Of a stretch of DNA of 62,000 nt, positions 1 through 10,798 are shown piece after piece. This DNA comes from Squalus acanthias. Its lineage: Eukaryota. The stretch lies in NCBI GenBank assembly GCA_030390025.1, contig CM059433.1, forward strand, positions 6,510,001-6,572,000, in the 5' to 3' direction. The position numbers were made by a program, and so were the translations under genes. Each line of letters starts with the position of its first letter. The stretch's first letter is position 1. The notes under the pieces are model-generated. The model was not told the DNA's origin, searched no databases, and saw only the letters and a program-made list of their open reading frames with translations.

Positions 1-912
1 TTGGCTCAGGATAAGATTTGGGGAGCAGTGTTTTGGGTGAGCTGAAGTTTAAGGAGGGTGGAGGATGGGAGAGAGCATTGGAATTAGGCTTCCCTCTGAG
101 AAACAGGATGTCCCAAATAGCCTTCCATTGAAGTATAGATATTCCTGAACAGTATTTCCACATCGTCCTTTCCTCAAAAAGACAAAGAAACTCTTGTTAA
201 AAGAAATCTACTTGAAGTAATAACGCATGTTATCTTAAAAAGTAGAAAAAATAAAATACAGAATAGTTTTACTATTAGATAATTGACAGTGCTCTGCTTC
301 TATCACATACCTCTAGTAAAGATCAAATCTATAAAATTACACACACACACACACAGGGTCTCCTGTGGCGTTACTTATAATGAGTCAGATAATATGCTGA
401 TTTATAACAATAGGGATGTCATCAACAAAGTGTGATGGGAAAAGTGTTACATGAAGTATGTGAGATATTTACCAGAAGTGCACACTATACACAAAAACCA
501 TTATATATACACTCTACATCAGAGACATTGTATTTCACAGTCACTTTCTTTTATGGCACCTAATGGAATATATCTCTAAAACAATTTGTGTATGTGACTG
601 AACGGCGAGCTTTTGACTTTGTCACTTGTGCGTCGTGCAGTAAAGCTCTCCACAATATGTAAATATTGTGTCGCAATGACCCGTGCCGTTCATTTCAATG
701 CTTGTGTAATTCTGAAATTTACATTTCTGATGAATTGCACTGCTCGGGGCAAGAGGTGCAAGTAGAGAAATTGAATATATTTTTTCCACTTCCATGTCAG
801 CATCATATATTCCCATGTAGAACAGGGCCAGATTCAGCACAAAGCTGCCTCAAGAGTATGCCTGAAACTCAATCTTAGAACAAAGGTATAATCTTACCAT
901 TTACCACACCCG

Positions 913-1746
913 GGACTGGATTTTGCCAATGGGGAGCTTTTGGAGGCGGGACTCCCACTTGTCGGGTTTCAGTCCCGCCTCCATCAACTTCTAGCCAACC
1001 CACGCTATTTTCCCTTGATTGACCTTGTTCAGCCCGCCCAGCGGGCTCAGCAGGCCAATTAAGGGGAAGCCGGTTACAGAGAACGTCAGCGTATGACATT
1101 TCATCTGTCAAATATTTTTGACAGATGAATTGTCATCGTTTGACAGCTCTGTGAAGCTGTCAAACACTGACATTCTCTGTAGTTTGATGAGTTCTTGAAT
1201 TCAAGACTCATCAAACCTCTTTCTTTTGCAGAAATGAGATGGTTGTTGCATTGGAGAATGCAACGGCCATCTGTCATCTCTACCGCGGAGGTGCGAGACT
1301 CTCCTCATCCCCACCGGCTGAAGCCTGCAGGAAGAAACAAAGGTAAGTAAACTTTTTCTGACACTTGGCACTTACCTCAGATACTCACCTCTCCACACTT
1401 GCACCCATCACTCACCTCCACAGCGCACTTTTGCACCCCTCCGACCCCCGCAGACCCACTACTCGCCTCAGTGACCCTGGCAGATTTCGGAGCCTTCGGG
1501 AAGCCCTCACTTGTGTGGGTAAAATGGGGATAATCTTATTTTCTGCCTGTTACCTACCTGTTAACAGGCAGTTAAGTGGCTGTAATCCCCTTCCCACCTC
1601 CAAGGAGACGGGACCCGGCGCGGGACGGCTACCCGCCTCCTGGCAAGATGGCACGGAGGCGGGTTGGGGGCGGGTTGGGCACTCGCCCCCAGATTCTGCC
1701 GTTTTCCCGGCAGTCCCACCTCCCCAGGGCTGGCAAAATCCAGCCC
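913..1746 (+). mobile_element. Non-autonomous PIF/Harbinger element (MITE family A), copy 1
   Basis: Termini GGACTGGATTTTGCCA...TGGCAAAATCCAGCCC; flanks ccg/cag (near-matching 3-bp TSD); homologous to 4714-5406, 14728-15447, 20328-21176 and 48573-49362, in the opposite orientation. Confidence 0.85.
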
Positions 1747-2409
1747 CAGCTTTCTGAATGAGATTGCCAGTTTAGTATTAAAAAAATGTCAAATTCTATG
1801 CTCTTTGTGCGAGGAACTAGATTCAAAGTTGGGGTAAGATTGCTCTGAGAGAAAAGATTTTCATCCCATCAAATTGGGGTAAATTCAGGAAGCGTTTTTA
1901 CAAACTGTCACCACCCCAGTCCCCTTTACAGGCAATTCTGGAATATAAATCTTTGGTTCGATCTTTTACTGGAAGCACTCTACCTCCAGGTTTTATTTCC
2001 AATCATTTTCTCTTTATTACCTTTCTTCTTCTCCCTTTCTCTCGGAGTTAGAGACGCTGCAGCCTGCAACTCAGTTAGCAAAAAAATCTCGACTGGAGAT
2101 TTCAGAGTAGATTTTGGTCTGGGCCTGCTCGAACCGAGAGGCCCGAGGATCGATGTAAATTGGTCCTCAGGGCCTCATCAGCATACTCGGCGTGAGCTGC
2201 CTGGTGCTGGTCGCGCGTCCACAGGCACTTCGCCCGAGTGAAGACATCAAATGATGAGCCGTCTGCCTCGCCGGCAGCGGCCCTCGGCTAAGTCCCACGA
2301 ATTTAGCAGTGGGACCAACGCCTGTGCAGATTGGCAGAATGTGGCCCTAACTAGCAAGAAGGCCCCCCTCACCAGTGCTATTAAAAGGGATCATGCTGCT
2401 GCTTGACTT

Positions 2410-2535
2410 CTACATTACTTTCCTACATTACAACAGTGACTCCACTTCAAAAGTACTTCATTGGCTGTAAAGTGCTTTGAGACGTCCGGTGGCCGTGAAA
2501 GGCGCTATAGAAATGCAAGTCTTTCTTTCTTTCTT
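2410..2535 (+). mobile_element. 3' tail of Deu-domain SINE
   Basis: ttcctacattacaacagtgact...gaaaggcgctatagaaatgcaagt(cttt)n matches the 3' end of the full copies at 39005 and 53843. Confidence 0.85.
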
Positions 2536-2655
2536 TCTGGCCATTTTTTGGTGCGTTGTATCACTCTGCAAAGTTCACTTTGTGTGCAGAGAGAGAAGTT
2601 TTGCTGCTCTTGTACTGTTGTTGCTCCTTGCCCCCAATATAGACTGGCTGCAGAC

Positions 2656-3390
2656 ATGCGTGATCTCATAGAACTACCTTTGGGGCTGGAGGATGAGTGG
2701 GGGCAGCAAGGAAGTCACCACAGAGCAGCAGCAGCTGTCAGAAGAGGAGGGGAGGGGGGGGGGGAGAGCACTGAACAGGTGGCCATATCCACAGCAGGTC
2801 TCTCAGGGAGCACTTCGTTCTATATCAACTTTACTGAGGAGCAAGGTAAGGGGCGCTTTCGCTTCACCAAGGAGGCAGTCCCCGAGCTATGTCACCTGCT
2901 GCAGCCACAACTCCAGCCTCAAGCCAGGGTACGGACAGCACTGCCGGTGGCTGTCAAGGTCAGCACCGTCCTCAACTTTCCTGCCACGGGCTCCTTTCTA
3001 GCTGCAACAGACGACACCAGCAAAATCTCACAGTTCGCAGTCCACCAATGTACAGGAAACTCTTTGGTATCCGGCACCTACGGGACCGGGATGGTGCCGG
3101 TTGATGAAAAATTCCGGATCACGAAGAAGGGACATGGAGTGACAATGGCCCAAGGTACGAGAGCCCCGTTCCACAGCCACCGGTACAGGGGACCCGGTTA
3201 CACAACCAGAGGTGCAGGAGCCATGGTTACACGGCAAAAGGTACGAGAACCCCGGTTACACAGCCACAAATATACAGTATACGGAAGCCTCAAAACCTAC
3301 TCCAGAATTCTGCCGGTTATTAGAGAATTCTGGATAATTAGGTGCTGTTTAAACGAGAGTTTCCTGTATCAGGAAGGTTACCCATGTCCC
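2656..3390 (+). pseudogene. Harbinger (HARBI1-like) transposase N-terminal fragment
   Basis: RFRFTKEAVPELCHLLQPQLQP...ALPVAVKVSTVLNFPATGSF...ISQFAVHQC, resuming as IRKVTH after the 3053-3366 insertion; frameshifted and truncated before the DDE core. Confidence 0.85.
3053..3366. mobile_element. Tc1/mariner-superfamily (Tigger/pogo-like) MITE
   Basis: TA|CAGGAAACTCT...AGAGTTTCCTG|TA: 11-bp perfect TIR and TA duplication; removing it restores the transposase frame. Confidence 0.85.
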
Positions 3391-3565
3391 TCTCCCTTCC
3401 TTTAATATTCTCCTTAAAACCCACCTCTTTGATCAATCTTTTGGTTATCCATCCTAATATTGCCTTTTTATGGCTCCGCAAGCAGTTTTTTGATCATGCC
3501 GCTGTAACTCCTTGGGTCTTTTCTCTACATTATAGGAGCTCTATAAATGCAAGTTGTTACTGTTA
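3390..3565 (+). mobile_element. L2 LINE 3' end, old
   Basis: ctccttaaaacccacctctttga...ctataaatgcaagttgtt, like the L2 tails at 25380-25545 and 47089-47271. Confidence 0.7.
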
Positions 3566-3586
3566 AAAGATGGCCAAAAATGTCTC

Positions 3587-3854
3587 TGACAGATCACCAG
3601 AGAGACAGATGGTTGAAAAACGGATTGACGTAAGAAAACTACTCGGCACTTGGTCCAAGCGTTAAACAAAGCTTTAATCAACTGTTTTTCAACATGGAGG
3701 TCTAGGTGTGTCCTTCACTAGTTCCTGTTAAAGAATGTCCTGAGCAAGCTGGGCCCATGCCCGAGTATTTATACTCTCCCTGGACAGCACCACCAGCAGG
3801 CCGCCCAGTATTACTTCATAAGTCATTTCCACATGAATGACAAGATTCATGTCA
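3587..3854 (-). mobile_element. Probable solo LTR
   Basis: TGACA...TGTCA ends; on the minus strand TATAAAT is followed by ATTAAA; no TSD seen. Confidence 0.45.
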
Positions 3855-4713
3855 CGGATCATAGAGAGAGATTGAGAGACAGGATACACAGAGGACAACA
3901 ATGAAACAGAGAGACAGATAAAAAAAACACCATCCTGGATGCGAAACGGTATGCAAAAATCTCAAGGGACAGAAAGAAAACATGAGGGGCAGAAATAGAA
4001 ACATTAAGGATGACAGAAGGAGATAAATGGGAGCGAGAGAGTGAGAGAGTGAGAGAGAGAGAGAGACTAAGAGAGACATGCTAAGACAAGCAGGACAAAG
4101 GATGCAATGTGAAAACTCTGCAGGAGATCTACTAGTACCAAGTTACACTATTCCAACAGGGGGGAAGTGGAGGATGCAGCTTATAATACTGGAAATACTG
4201 ATGCTACCGAAGCAAAACAGGGGGAGGAACCGCACACTCATGAGGAGAAGGTCGTAGTGCTGGTGGTTGATGAGCTGACAGCTGGTATAGGGAGGAGGCC
4301 CAGCATTCTGAGTGCCCTTATTCAGTTGTGTGGGGATACAGACCTTAGTGGGCCTCCTTTGATATGGAGGCTGTTACACCAGCAGCACAGCACTGAGTTA
4401 TCATTTGCCCCCTTGCATATGACATTGGAATGTGCTCTGCCTAATATGAAGGAGGCCCAAACCCAGACATGCACTACCATCAGCTACATGGATGATGCCA
4501 TGCAGCCAATGGTTGTCTGCAATGCAGTCTTCCCATGGCAGCACCAGTCACATCTTTTATTCTTGCTCAGTGAAAGAGCCCAATAAACCAGTACATTAGA
4601 CACATTATTTGTGCAGGCCACCGGCACAGTCGGATCTAGCACTGCATACCTTAATAAAATTAAAATTTTTAGTATATCGGAGTTTTCATAACAAAGAAGT
4701 GACAGAAAATTAA

Positions 4714-5406
4714 GGGCCCTGGGGAGGCGGGACTGCCGGGAAAATGGCAGAATCTGGGGGCGGGTGCCCGTCCCGCCCCCAACCCGCCTCCGTGCCATCT
4801 TCCCAGGAGGCGGGTAGTTACCAGGCAGTTAAGAGGATTATCCCCATTTTTCCAACAGAGGCGCGGGCTTCCCGACGTCGGGAAACCCCGCCAGGGTCAC
4901 CGAGGCGAGCAGTGGGTCTGCGGGGTGCAAAAGTGCGCTGTGGAGGTAAGTGATGGGTGCAAGTGTGGAGAGGTAAGTATGTGAGGTGAGTGGAAAGTGA
5001 TAGAAAATGTTTACTTACCTTTGTTTCTTCCTGCAGGCTTCAACCGTTGGGGATGCGGAGAGTCTCGCATCTCACCAGCAGAGATGACAGATGGCTGCTG
5101 CATTCTCCGATGCAACAACCATCTAATTTCTGCTCACAAAAGAGGTTTGATGAGTCTTGAATACAAGGACTCATCAAACAACATAGAATGTCAGTGTTTG
5201 ACAGCTTCACAGAGCTGTCAAACGATGATAATTCATCTGTCAAAACCGGCTTTCCCTTAATTGGCCTGCTGAGCCCGCTGGGCGGGTTTAACAAGGTCAA
5301 TCAAGGGAAAATAGCGTGGGTTGGCCACAAGTCGATGGAGGTGGGACTAAAACCCGACAAGCAGCAGTCCCGCCTCCAACACGCCCCCATTGGCAAAATC
5401 GCCCCC
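4714..5406 (-). mobile_element. Harbinger MITE family A, copy 2 (small internal deletions)
   Basis: Colinear with 14728-15447; ends TGGCAAAATCGCCCCC. Confidence 0.85.
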
Positions 5407-5419
5407 AAAGTGCCTGGTG

Positions 5420-5715
5420 TCCAAAAGCCAAAACAAAAGTGGGTGAATCTCGACATGCCCCCTCTCAGTACCTGGAAAGACCCTGTGGCATAGGAGTTGA
5501 TGCACTGGTGACCTTCATGCCATTGGTAGTGCATGGCAAATGGTTGACTGTCTCTGCAGGTCTTTATGGACCAGTTGGCACACCTCAAGCCCAAACTCCC
5601 TGGTGAGCCTGAGCCCCTCATGCACTGTTTCTCTACCGAGATTTATGATGCTAATGTGATACACCGACGGCTTAGGGGAGTGAGTACTTTCTACAAGTAG
5701 CATAGTTGCCACGTG
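5420..5715 (-). pseudogene. Degenerate Harbinger transposase N-terminal fragment
   Basis: LRLTREFGLEVCQLVHKDLQRQSTICHALPMA then INSYATGSFQ, aligning by eye to the fragment at 2656-3050. Confidence 0.7.
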
Positions 5716-6059
5716 CTCTGTGTTCTTCGGCTGTCACACTCTTCCTCTGCGCCAATGCAATATAACTGACAATGGCTACTATGCTCTCAGACAGAAATCT
5801 CCTCTGTACAATTCACTATTATCATTACTGTCAAACTTCAAAGGTTATCCTCATTGATAAGCTTACTAATTGTTAGCTGACCTGGAAAAAAATACTTTTC
5901 AATATGACTGTAACTGTGGAATGCTGCTTAAGTTCAGCATTAACGACCTTTAACAAGACATTATCGAATTAAATGATCCTTTATTCACTCAATGCTAGTT
6001 TTTTTTTTGTCTCTTTGTACTCTTTTGATTGGTGCACTTAAAACAAATAAACTGTAACT

Positions 6060-6305
6060 AATAAAACTTTAAAAGAACCTTAACAAATTAAATTAAAATT
6101 TTGTTGGCCGGGGTGACGATGCACTCCAGTCCCCGCGGCGCCCACCGGTCACGGAAGGCCTCGAGCGTGCCGGCGGACACCGCATGCTCCATCTCCAGGG
6201 CCACCTGGGGAGCAAACGTGGCCGCGGAAGAGAGGCAGGCTGTCGGGCCTAACGACCCCCTCGACCACCCGCTGCCCGGACCAGTTGATGGCAACTTAGG
6301 CCAGG
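6060..6305 (-). mobile_element. Tx1-type (L1 group) LINE ORF2 3' end
   Basis: VALEMEHAVSAGTLEAFRDRWAPRGLECIV...* followed by a T-rich tail; resembles Tx1 ORF2 C-termini. Confidence 0.7.
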
Positions 6306-6689
6306 TTTTGTCTCTTTGTAAAATGAGTGATAGGAATACTCAGAGCAGCTTGTAAACACACTTGAAGTGAATTATCCACTGATCTTTCCTCCTGACATTT
6401 CATTATTGCTCCCTTAGGTTGATTGAGCACAAGAATTTTGGACCCTTGGTTACCTACAGTTATCTTGTCATTCGCTTTGATCCTGTGACACTAAAAGCTA
6501 AAGTTAATAAAATATTCAGGAAAGCAATGAAGCTTGAAACAGCGGGAAACTAAAGGGAGAGAAATTCAAATAAAATGAACACTTTAGACAGAGTAATAGG
6601 TTATTTAATGATAGGTGTGTTGTAATCTAATGGCTATATAAAACTTGGTTATACTGCAAATTAAAATCAATACAATCCGGAAGCATAAG

Positions 6690-7230
6690 ATTGATTTCAA
6701 CGGTTAGACCCAAGTGGTTAAATAGGGCGGCTGAAATATAAAACCAAAACACACAAATTAAGAACTCCAAAAGATAATCTGTAATGAAGAGAGAATGTGA
6801 AAATTGGAAGGGATCTGGGGAGGGAAAAGAACACGTGGGTCCCCTTAATGATGAGGGCTAAGGTAGTGGAGGAAGAATAAGGCAGAAATTTTTGAAACAA
6901 TTTTTTCTTAGGTTTCCAAAACAGAAACCATTGGTAGTTGAAAGGATAAGAGATAAATCTGAGTCCAGGGAGAAACTACATGGAATCATAATCAAATGGT
7001 TATTTAAAAACAGGAGTGTTTGAATATTTATAAGATAACACAACCAGATGGAATGTATCCAATAATACTTCAGGAAATGACGATAAAAGTAAGGTTGGCT
7101 CTTGGCAGTATTTGTGACATCATTAAATATGGGGCTTCTTTCAGAGTTTAGAAAATAGTTAGAATATTTAAAAAAAATTTAAATGGTTAGAAGCAAAATC
7201 CTCGGAACTGTAAGGCTAGTGTTCTGGCCC
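6690..7230 (+). mobile_element. Ancient CR1-like ORF2 fragment
   Basis: Eroded PKWLN and PDGMYP.IL.E motifs; similar relic at 51340-51570. Confidence 0.45.
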
Positions 7231-7267
7231 AGGCTAGGGTTAAGCTTGAAGGCTAGGGTTAAGCTTT

Positions 7268-7778
7268 AGGGGGATTGACAGGATAAATGATGAGAGGTTG
7301 TTTCCCCTGGCTGGAGAGTATGGAACTAGGGGGCATAGTCTCAGGGTAAGGGGTCGGCCAGTTAAGACTGAGATGAGGAGGAATTTCTTCACTCAGAGGG
7401 TTGTGAATCTTTGGAATTCTCTGCCCCAGAAGGCTGTGGATGCTCAGTCTTTGAGTATATTCAAGGCTGAGATAGATAGATTTTTGGACTCTAGGGGAAT
7501 CAAGGGATATGGAGATCGGGCAGGAAAGTGGAGTTGAGGTCGAAGATCAGCCATGATCTTATTAAATGGCGGAGCAGGCTCGAGGGGCCGAGTGGCGGAG
7601 CAGGCTCGAGGGGCCGTGTGGCGGAGCAGGCTCGAGGGGCCGTGTGGCGGAGCAGGCTCGAGGGGCCGTGTGGCGGAGCAGGCTCGAGGGGCCGTGTGGC
7701 GGAGCAGGCTCGAGGGGCCGTGTGGTGGAGCAGGCTCGAGGGGCCGTATGGCCGACTCCTGCTCCTAATTCTTATGTT
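7268..7778 (+). mobile_element. CR1 LINE 3' end with tandem expansion in the 3' UTR
   Basis: TRGHSLRVRGRP.KTEMRRNFFTQRVVNLWNSLPQKAV matches the end of ORF2 of the 42718 element. Confidence 0.92.
7567..7748 (+). repeat. 26-bp tandem repeat x7 (TGGCGGAGCAGGCTCGAGGGGCCGTG)
   Basis: Units start at 7567, 7593, 7619, 7645, 7671, 7697 and 7723. Confidence 0.95.
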
Positions 7779-7876
7779 TGTATGCCTAGCTGATGGCACA
7801 ACTGCACAATGAGTTGACGGCCTGCAATTTTGCAGGATCAGTATATTTGAATATATAATAGCTGCCTCCAGAGCTA

Positions 7877-8355
7877 AAAGAAAAAAAATATTGCATTTCT
7901 ATAGCGTCTTTCACGACCACCGGACATCCCAAAGTGCTTTACAGCCAATGAAGTACTTTTCGAGTGTAGTCACTGTTGTAATGTGGGAAATGCAGCAGCC
8001 AATTTGCGCACAGCAAGCTCCCACAAACAGCAATGTGATAATGGCCAGATAATCTGTTTTTGTTATGTTGACTGAGGGATAAATATTGACCTCAGGACAC
8101 CGGGGATAACTCCCCTGCTCTTCTTCGAAAAAGTGCCATGGGGAACTTTTACGTCCACCTGAGAGGGCAGACAGGGCCTCGGTTTAACGTCTCATCTGAA
8201 AAAAGATGGCACCTCCGACAGTACAGCACTCCCTCAGCACTGCACTGGGAGCGTCAGCCTAGCTTTATGTGCTCAAGTCCCTGGAGTGGGGACTGTGAAC
8301 CCACAACCTTCTGACTCAGAGGCGAGTGTGCTACCCACTGAGCCACAGCTGACAC
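7877..8355 (-). mobile_element. tRNA-derived Deu-domain SINE (SacSINE1-like), full length
   Basis: Minus strand has A box TGGCTCAGTGG, B-box-like GGTTCACAGTCC, a Deu core and an L2-like tail. Confidence 0.88.
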
Positions 8356-8964
8356 AACGACCAGATTAATCTGTTTTTTTAGTGAAGGCTTTATGCATAG
8401 AACTAGCCTAATGGGTAGTCCACAAAATCATTTGCAGACATAGAGGTAGAAATTAGTCTGGTTCTGAAAGTGTGCCTTGGGCCTCATCTATATAGCAGGA
8501 GGCAAGGTGCCGGCACTGGTCGCACCTGTACAGGCAGCTCGCCTACTAAATCAATCAATGTTGGGTTGCCCGCCTTGCCGGCAGCGGTCCTCAGATAAGT
8601 TCTGGGAAGGGGGTTTGGGACAGGCAATGGGTGGGGGGGCGGGGGACAGACGAGACGATTGCTGGGACGATGGAGGTGATGGGAGCAGTGCTGGTTCCAC
8701 AGAAAGGTCCTTTAACAAAAATAAATAGATAAATAACTTACCTTTAATTGGCGGCTACAGGGGCCGCTGAAGAATCCTAGGTGGGGCCGGCCCGTCGCCT
8801 GGCCCCCGCTCATTGGTAATTAATTTTGGAGAGAGGTAAATTCAACAGGCATTAAGCCCCTCATTAACATATTCAAGGGTCCTATAAGCTGTTTTGGGCG
8901 ACCACCCAGGATGCCTGAAAAATGGACCCCACGAATTGGCAGTGGGACCCAGCTCCAACACTCG

Positions 8965-9630
8965 ACCACATCTCACAACCCCTTCCACTGCCTTTGTATT
9001 CGACTGTTTGTCTGTTTGGATGAGCGGCAATTTTCTCCAGTTGAATGTTGGGAAGGCCGAAGCCTTTGATATTTTCAAGACTGAGATTGATATATTTCTG
9101 TCGGGTGAGGGTATCAAGGGATATGGATCAAAGGCGGGTAAATGGAGTTGAGGTACAGATCGGTCATGATCTAATTTTAATGGCAGAACAGGCTGGAGTA
9201 CGATTCAGGAGGAAAAATACCCTGGCACAAACTACATACCTTGCAACTGATTCCATCCCCTCCTCGACCACTATCACTGGCTGAACCGGACTGTTCACAA
9301 GCTTGGCGTCCTATTCGATCATGACCATCACAAAGACTGCCGACTTCCACCTGCGTTACATCATCTGCTTCCCTCCCTACCTCACCCCCTCTGCTGCTGA
9401 AATCCTCCGACATGCCTTTTGTCACCTCCAGAACCTGACTCCTCCAATACCATCCTGGGCCGCCTCCCACCCTCTGTAAACCTCATCCAAAACTCGGCTG
9501 ACTAAATCGCACCAAGTGCTGCTCATCCATCACCCCTGTCCGTGCCTACCTACACCGAGTCCCAGACCTCAGCGCCACCAATTTAAACTTCTAATCCTTG
9601 TTTTTAAATCCCTTCGTGGCCTCGTCCCAA
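8965..9630 (+). mobile_element. Old L2 ORF2 fragment interrupted by a CR1 3' end (about 9065-9200)
   Basis: WMSGNFLQLNVGKAEA and FKLLILVFKSLRGL (L2); FKTEIDIFL...GIKGYG (CR1). Confidence 0.75.
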
Positions 9631-10148
9631 TAAACTCAAAGCCCAGTAAAGGCCGTCCCATGAAGTTATTTCTGGGAGGCCTAGAATGCTGTCTGTTAAT
9701 GATGCTCTCTCAATCCATCAGGAACAGCCTCCAGTGACAGGCACAAGTATGAATCAAAGAAAAGGATTTTAGGTCATTTGAACTACAAAGAGTAGTTGAA
9801 GAACCCTAACTGACTGCAAGCTAAAGTGGTCACAAACTAAACGTAAAGGGGAAAGTCTAAAGCAAATACTTTTGTTCAACATACTTTCAAATTATCGATT
9901 GAAAAATATATATTGACAAAAAATACGCTTGGCAATTTTTTTTAATGTTAATTTCTTCATACCTCAACAAAGACTACTCTGGGGACATACCTAATGGGGA
10001 GGAACCCATGTGACCTGTAATGACATCACAGATTGCAATAGGTTACATAACTGTGGACCTACCTGGGAACTGCACAACCCTGGGGAAATGTGATCAGTAA
10101 AATATGCGCTCCAGCTGACAGTGCAACACAGAAGGTGGCTATTCGGCT

Positions 10149-10798
10149 AGTCAGAAGGTTGTGGGTTCAATGCCCACTCCAAGGGCTTGAGCACGTAATC
10201 CAGGCTGACACTCCAGTGCAGTACCGGGGGAGTGCTGCACTGTCAGAGGTGCCGCCTTTTGGATGAGACATTAAACTGAGGTCCCACCTGCCTTCTCAGG
10301 TGGACGTTAAAGATTCCTTGGTATTATTTAGAAAAAGAGCAGGGGTGTCCTGGCCAATGTTCATCCCTCAGCCAACATCACTAAAGCAGATTATCTGGTC
10401 ATTATCACATTGTTGTTTGTGGGAGCTTGCTGTGCACAAATTGGCTGCCGCGTTTCCTACATTAGCTTCCTTCAGCAGCTCCATTCCAGCCCCTCCTACC
10501 ACCAGTCTTGCTTTGCTTCACCTCTCACTCCCACTGCATATTCCCTCTACCTTCCCACTACTCCTTCCTTTCCCTGCCACCTGCTCACTCTCATTGTTAC
10601 CCCAGCTCACTCACATCCCTACCCCTAACCTCTGTCCCCTTTGAACCATGGTGCCCTCATCCTCCTCACTCTGCTGTCACTCACCTCAACTCCCATCCAT
10701 TCCAACATTCCAACAGTGACTACAATTCAAAAGTACCTCATTGGCTGTAAAGCACTTTTACACATCCTGAGGTCATGAAAGGCGCTATACAAATGCAA
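10149..10798 (+). mobile_element. Deu-domain SINE split by a pyrimidine-rich insert (about 10464-10710)
   Basis: B box GGGTTCAATGCCC; SINE sequence stops at ttcctacatta and resumes at caacagtgactac. Confidence 0.8.

Larger units (their letters stand above)
2105..3390 (+). mobile_element. Degraded Harbinger element 5' part with nested SINE tail and Tc1/mariner MITE
   Basis: Contains a transposase N-terminus; 2105-2320 resembles 8443-8610; left boundary approximate. Confidence 0.65.

Noticed and set aside
622..878. Cys-containing ORFs on both strands, with a possible minus-strand acceptor near 750
   Set aside because: No recognisable domain or partner exon; the length is compatible with chance
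4997..5260. 87-codon Cys-rich ORF repeated at 4997, 14996 and 20724
   Set aside because: Starts at GTG, is broken in the other two MITE copies, and shares third codon positions with the antisense 111-nt cassette frame, so it can be a shadow of that frame
7500..7812. Repetitive ORFs and a CRISPR-like appearance
   Set aside because: Head-to-tail 26-bp units without spacers, inside a CR1 3' UTR; no cas genes
9975..10130. LTR-like composition (CATGTGACC, TGACATCAC, ending CAACA)
   Set aside because: No defined 5' end, TSD or second copy
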